Positions 60,556 through 64,000 of a stretch of DNA of 64,000 nucleotides are shown one piece after another. The stretch is taken from NCBI RefSeq assembly GCF_030144855.1, contig NC_082729.1:23002001-23066000 (forward strand). The letters run 5' to 3'. The stretch is from Hypanus sabinus (lineage: Eukaryota). A model generated the notes under the pieces. The model saw only the letters and a program-made list of their open reading frames with translations. It was not told the DNA's origin and made no database searches. Made by a program: the position numbers and the translations under genes. Within the stretch, counting starts at the first letter, position 1; the number at the start of each line of letters is the position of its first letter.

Positions 60556-62089
60556 GCTGAGCCTGGAGGGGAAGACATTGTGGAGGTGAGAGAGGTTGGG
60601 ATTGGAGGGAGGGGACAATAAGAGGGAAGGAGGGAGATGGGTGAGGGAAAGAGGAAGCAGTGAGAGATAAGGAGGGAAAAGAGGGAAGATGGGGTCAAAA
60701 GGAGAGCTGTATCGGAGAGGAGAGGTAGGTGAAGATGATAGAGGATGAAACAGGAGTGAAGGGAAAAAAAGAGGGGGAGGGAATAAACAACAGAGGAGGA
60801 ACTGAAACTGGGGGGTGAGGAGGTGCAAAGGGAAGAGAAATGGATGGGTAAGGGGAGGATGCTGGCAGCTGAAAGGTGGGAGGAGTGACGGGGAAGGGAG
60901 GACAGGTGAAGATTGGTTTAAGATAACCGGGAGTGAAGAATAATGACAGGTGAGAGAAGGGAAGAGGAGAGAAATGGGAGAGGGAGTAGACAAGGCGACG
61001 GGAGGAGGAAAGGGAAGAGGGAGGGTGAAGATGAAAGGGGAGGGTGAAGGAGAGGGGAGGAGGGGAAGGGAAGAGTAGGAAGAGTAAGAGGAGAAAGGGG
61101 AGGGAAGGGGTGGAGGAGGGAGGGTGAGGAAAAGGGAGGAAGGAGGAGGGGAAGGATGAGGGAAGGGATGAGGAGAGAAGGGGTGGAGGAGGGGAGGGGA
61201 GGGGAGGAGGAGGAAAGGTGGAACCATTGTGTAGGAGATGGAAGGGTGAGGGGAAGGCGGGAGGGGGTAGAAATGGGGTGTGGGGAAGGGAGGTTGCAGT
61301 ACGTGGCTGGGACAAGCAAAGAAAAAGGGGGATGGAGGAAGTGAGGTGAAGTGGGGGGAGAGTTGAATGCAGGAACAGTGGAAAGAATAAGGAGGGAAAG
61401 AGGTGAAAGTGAGTAGCAAAGGGTGGAGGGGGCAGGGGCAGAGATGGAGATGAGGGAAGAACAAGAAAGAATGGGGTGAAGGTTTGAAGGGGGTGGGAAG
61501 GAGAGGGGCCTAGATGGAGTTAGGGAGACCAAGAACAACAGAGGTGGGAGGGAGAGAGTGGGACGGAAGAGGGGATGATCGGGAGAGGGAGGGGCAAGGA
61601 AGAAGGAGCGAGGAGAGGAAAGGGAAGAGAGAATGCTGAAGGGCTGGAGGTGGAGGGGAAATGGGTGGATGGAGGTGTGGGGAGGGAACACGGGGAACTG
61701 GTAGGCAAAGAGGGAGGAAAATGATGGAAGAGGGAGGAGATGGGGAAGAGGAGAAAGTGACATAAGAGAGGGGAGATGTGGAAGGAGGAAAGGGGGCAGG
61801 GAGAAGGGGTAAGAATGAGAGGGAAGGGGCAGTGGGGGAGGATGAAGGAAGAGGGCAGTGAAGAGGGGGATGAAGGAGAAAAGAGAGGTAGGGGGAACGA
61901 GGGGGGAAGAAGAGAATGGGGTAAGAGGGAGAAAGAGAGAAAGGGGAAAACGGTGAATGAGGAAGAGGGAAGAAAGGGAAAGATGGAGAGAGGAGGAGAA
62001 TGGGGAAGAGAATGAGGGAGAGGGAGGGGGAAGCGGAAGGAGGAAGGGGAAGAGGGAGGGAAAGAGAGGGAGGGGAAGAGGGGAAAGAG

Positions 62090-62350
62090 GTTGGGGAAAG
62101 AGGGAGGGGAAGGGGAAAGAGTGAGGGGAAGGAAAGAGGGAGGGGAAAGGGAAAGAGGGAGGGGAAGGGGAAAGAGGGAGGGGAAGGGGAAAGAGGGAGG
62201 GGAAGGGGAAAGAGGGAGGGGAAGGGGAAAGAGGGAGGGAAAGGGGGAAAGAGGGAGGGGAAGGGGGAAAGAGGGAGGGGAAGAGGGGGAAAGAAGGAAG
62301 AGGGGGAAAGAGGGAGGAGGAAGGGGGAAAGAGGGAAAGAGGGAGGGGAA
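62090..62350 (+). repeat. Purine-rich ~19-bp tandem repeat (GAGGGAGGGGAAGGGGAAA)n in the copy 7 intron
   Basis: Read directly at 62137-62235, with degenerate flanking units. Confidence 0.8.
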
Positions 62351-63597
62351 GGAGAAGAGGGGGAAGGGAAGGAAAGAGGAAGAAGGAAGAAAATGGCATA
62401 ACAGAGAGGAGAGAAGAGATGAATGGGGAAGAGGGAGGGAAGAAGGGGATGGGACAAGCTGGGAAGAGGAGAGAAGAGGAAGGAAACAGAGTTGGGAAAG
62501 GGAGGGAAATTTGGGGAGAAGGGAAAGGGGAGGGAAGAATATGAGAGGAAGAGGGGGAGCGAGGATGCCAAGTGCAGAAGGGGGAGGAGGGATAAGGGGA
62601 GTGAGCAGGGAGAGAGATTGGGTTTGAGCAAGGGAAAGGGGGGGAGGTGGGAAAAGAATTGGAATGGTAAAGGGAAAGATGGAGAGAGGAGGGTTGGAGG
62701 GAAAAGAGAGAGAGGATGGAAGTCACAACCTTCTCCCCCCTCACTGCCACTCCTGCACCACGGTGCTCACTCCTCACCAGCCCTCACACACCGCATTGGT
62801 TCTCCTCCCTGACAGACCCTCCAGCCCCACAGCAGAGACGGGAAATGGACGGGGAAGGGGAAGAAAGTGGCCTTCAGTGTGACACTCCCTCCTCACCTCC
62901 TCACCCTCAGCACAATACTCCCTCCTCACCTCCTCACCCTCAGCACGGCACTCCCTCCTCACCTCCTCACCCTTCAGTGTGACACTCCCTCCTCACCTCC
63001 TCACCCTCAGCACGGCACTCCCTCCTCACCTCCTCACCCTCAGCCCGGCACTCCCTCCTCACTGAAATGAACGCACTGCACTCCACCATCCTCACCTCCA
63101 CAACACCACCCCACCCTCTCCCTCCCCACCATTCATCATCTGCTGTGGGCCCCTAGGGACCCCAGCTCCTGCATTCCTTCCTGGGCCCCCACCGACTCAC
63201 CTTGGAGCCTGCTCTCCGTCTCGATGAAGTTCAGCCTCCCCGGAATCTCTGGCTCACTCTGTCCCCCCGGGCAGCTCGGGAGAGTTGGACTCAGATCCCA
63301 AACTGCTGCGACCACAGCAACCAATCCTGAAGATAAACTGTGCAGAAACGAATGGAAGGGCTGTCCGCAGCCCCGGTAGAGCAGGGAAGGGAGAATAGGA
63401 CGCTGGTCCGGGAGCAGTCCGGAGAGTGGAGCGGGTCCCGTCTGAGGCTGAAAATCACATCAGTATGATTTTATCACTTTTTTCCATCTCTGGTGTCCGG
63501 TTTAACAGCTCAGTTCCTCAAACTGAATCAGATGGGGACGGCAAAGTGTTAAAGAGAAACCACAGGAGTTCCTGAATCAGAGAAAAAAGAGTAAACA

Positions 63598-64000
63598 TCC
63601 CATCACACACTCCCGGGGTCAGACATAGAGTGAAGCTCCCTCCACACCGTCCCATCACACACTCCCGGGGTCAGACACAGACTGAAACTCCCTCCACACT
63701 GTCCCATCACACACTCCCGGGGGTCAGACACAGAGTGAAGCTCCCTCCACACCGTCCCATCACACACTCCCGGGGACAGACACAGAGTGAAACCCCCTCC
63801 ACACCATCCCATCACACACTCCCGGGGACAGACACAGAGTGAAACTCCCTCCACACCGTCCCATCACACACTCCCGGGGTCAGACACAGAGTGAATCTCC
63901 CTCCACACCATCCCATCACACACTCCCGGGGACAGACACAGAGTGAAACCCCCTCCACAACGTCCCATCACACACTCCCAGGGTCAGACACAGAGTGAAT
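63598..64000 (+). repeat. 52-bp satellite array A6 (runs off window end)
   Basis: Same unit, upstream of copy 7. Confidence 0.97.

Overview
Eukaryotic, repeat-rich DNA. The repeat content (CR1 LINEs, V-SINE, Rex1/Babar, Tc1) suggests a fish, most plausibly cartilaginous (inference). The window is an amplified cluster of C3aR/C5aR/CMKLR1-like chemoattractant GPCR genes, each with a non-coding upstream exon, a pyrimidine-rich intron and one coding exon. There are seven gene or gene-fragment copies. Three are intact 345-aa ORFs (15946-16983, 34111-35148, 59518-60555, all minus strand), one is a 323-aa tail-truncated divergent copy (2168-3139), one is a 5-TM deletion copy (26866-27528) and two are rearranged fragments (47787-48503). 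Copies lie in tandem and in inverted pairs. Every copy that retains its upstream region abuts a 52-bp satellite array. The strongest novel signal is a Tx1-clade non-LTR retrotransposon. Its three insertions (6105-11229, 43819-44143, 44661-45109) all place the poly(A) at the same position of the 52-bp unit (CACACTCCC^GGGGTCAGAC), which points to a satellite-targeting, sequence-specific element. Also present are a 33-bp intronic minisatellite expanded to ~6.2 kb in one paralog only, an RT-deleted HERO-like element at one inversion centre, and complex templated junctions. The very long Pro/Ser/Leu-rich ORFs in the track are repeat artefacts. Repeat boundaries were read by eye and are approximate.
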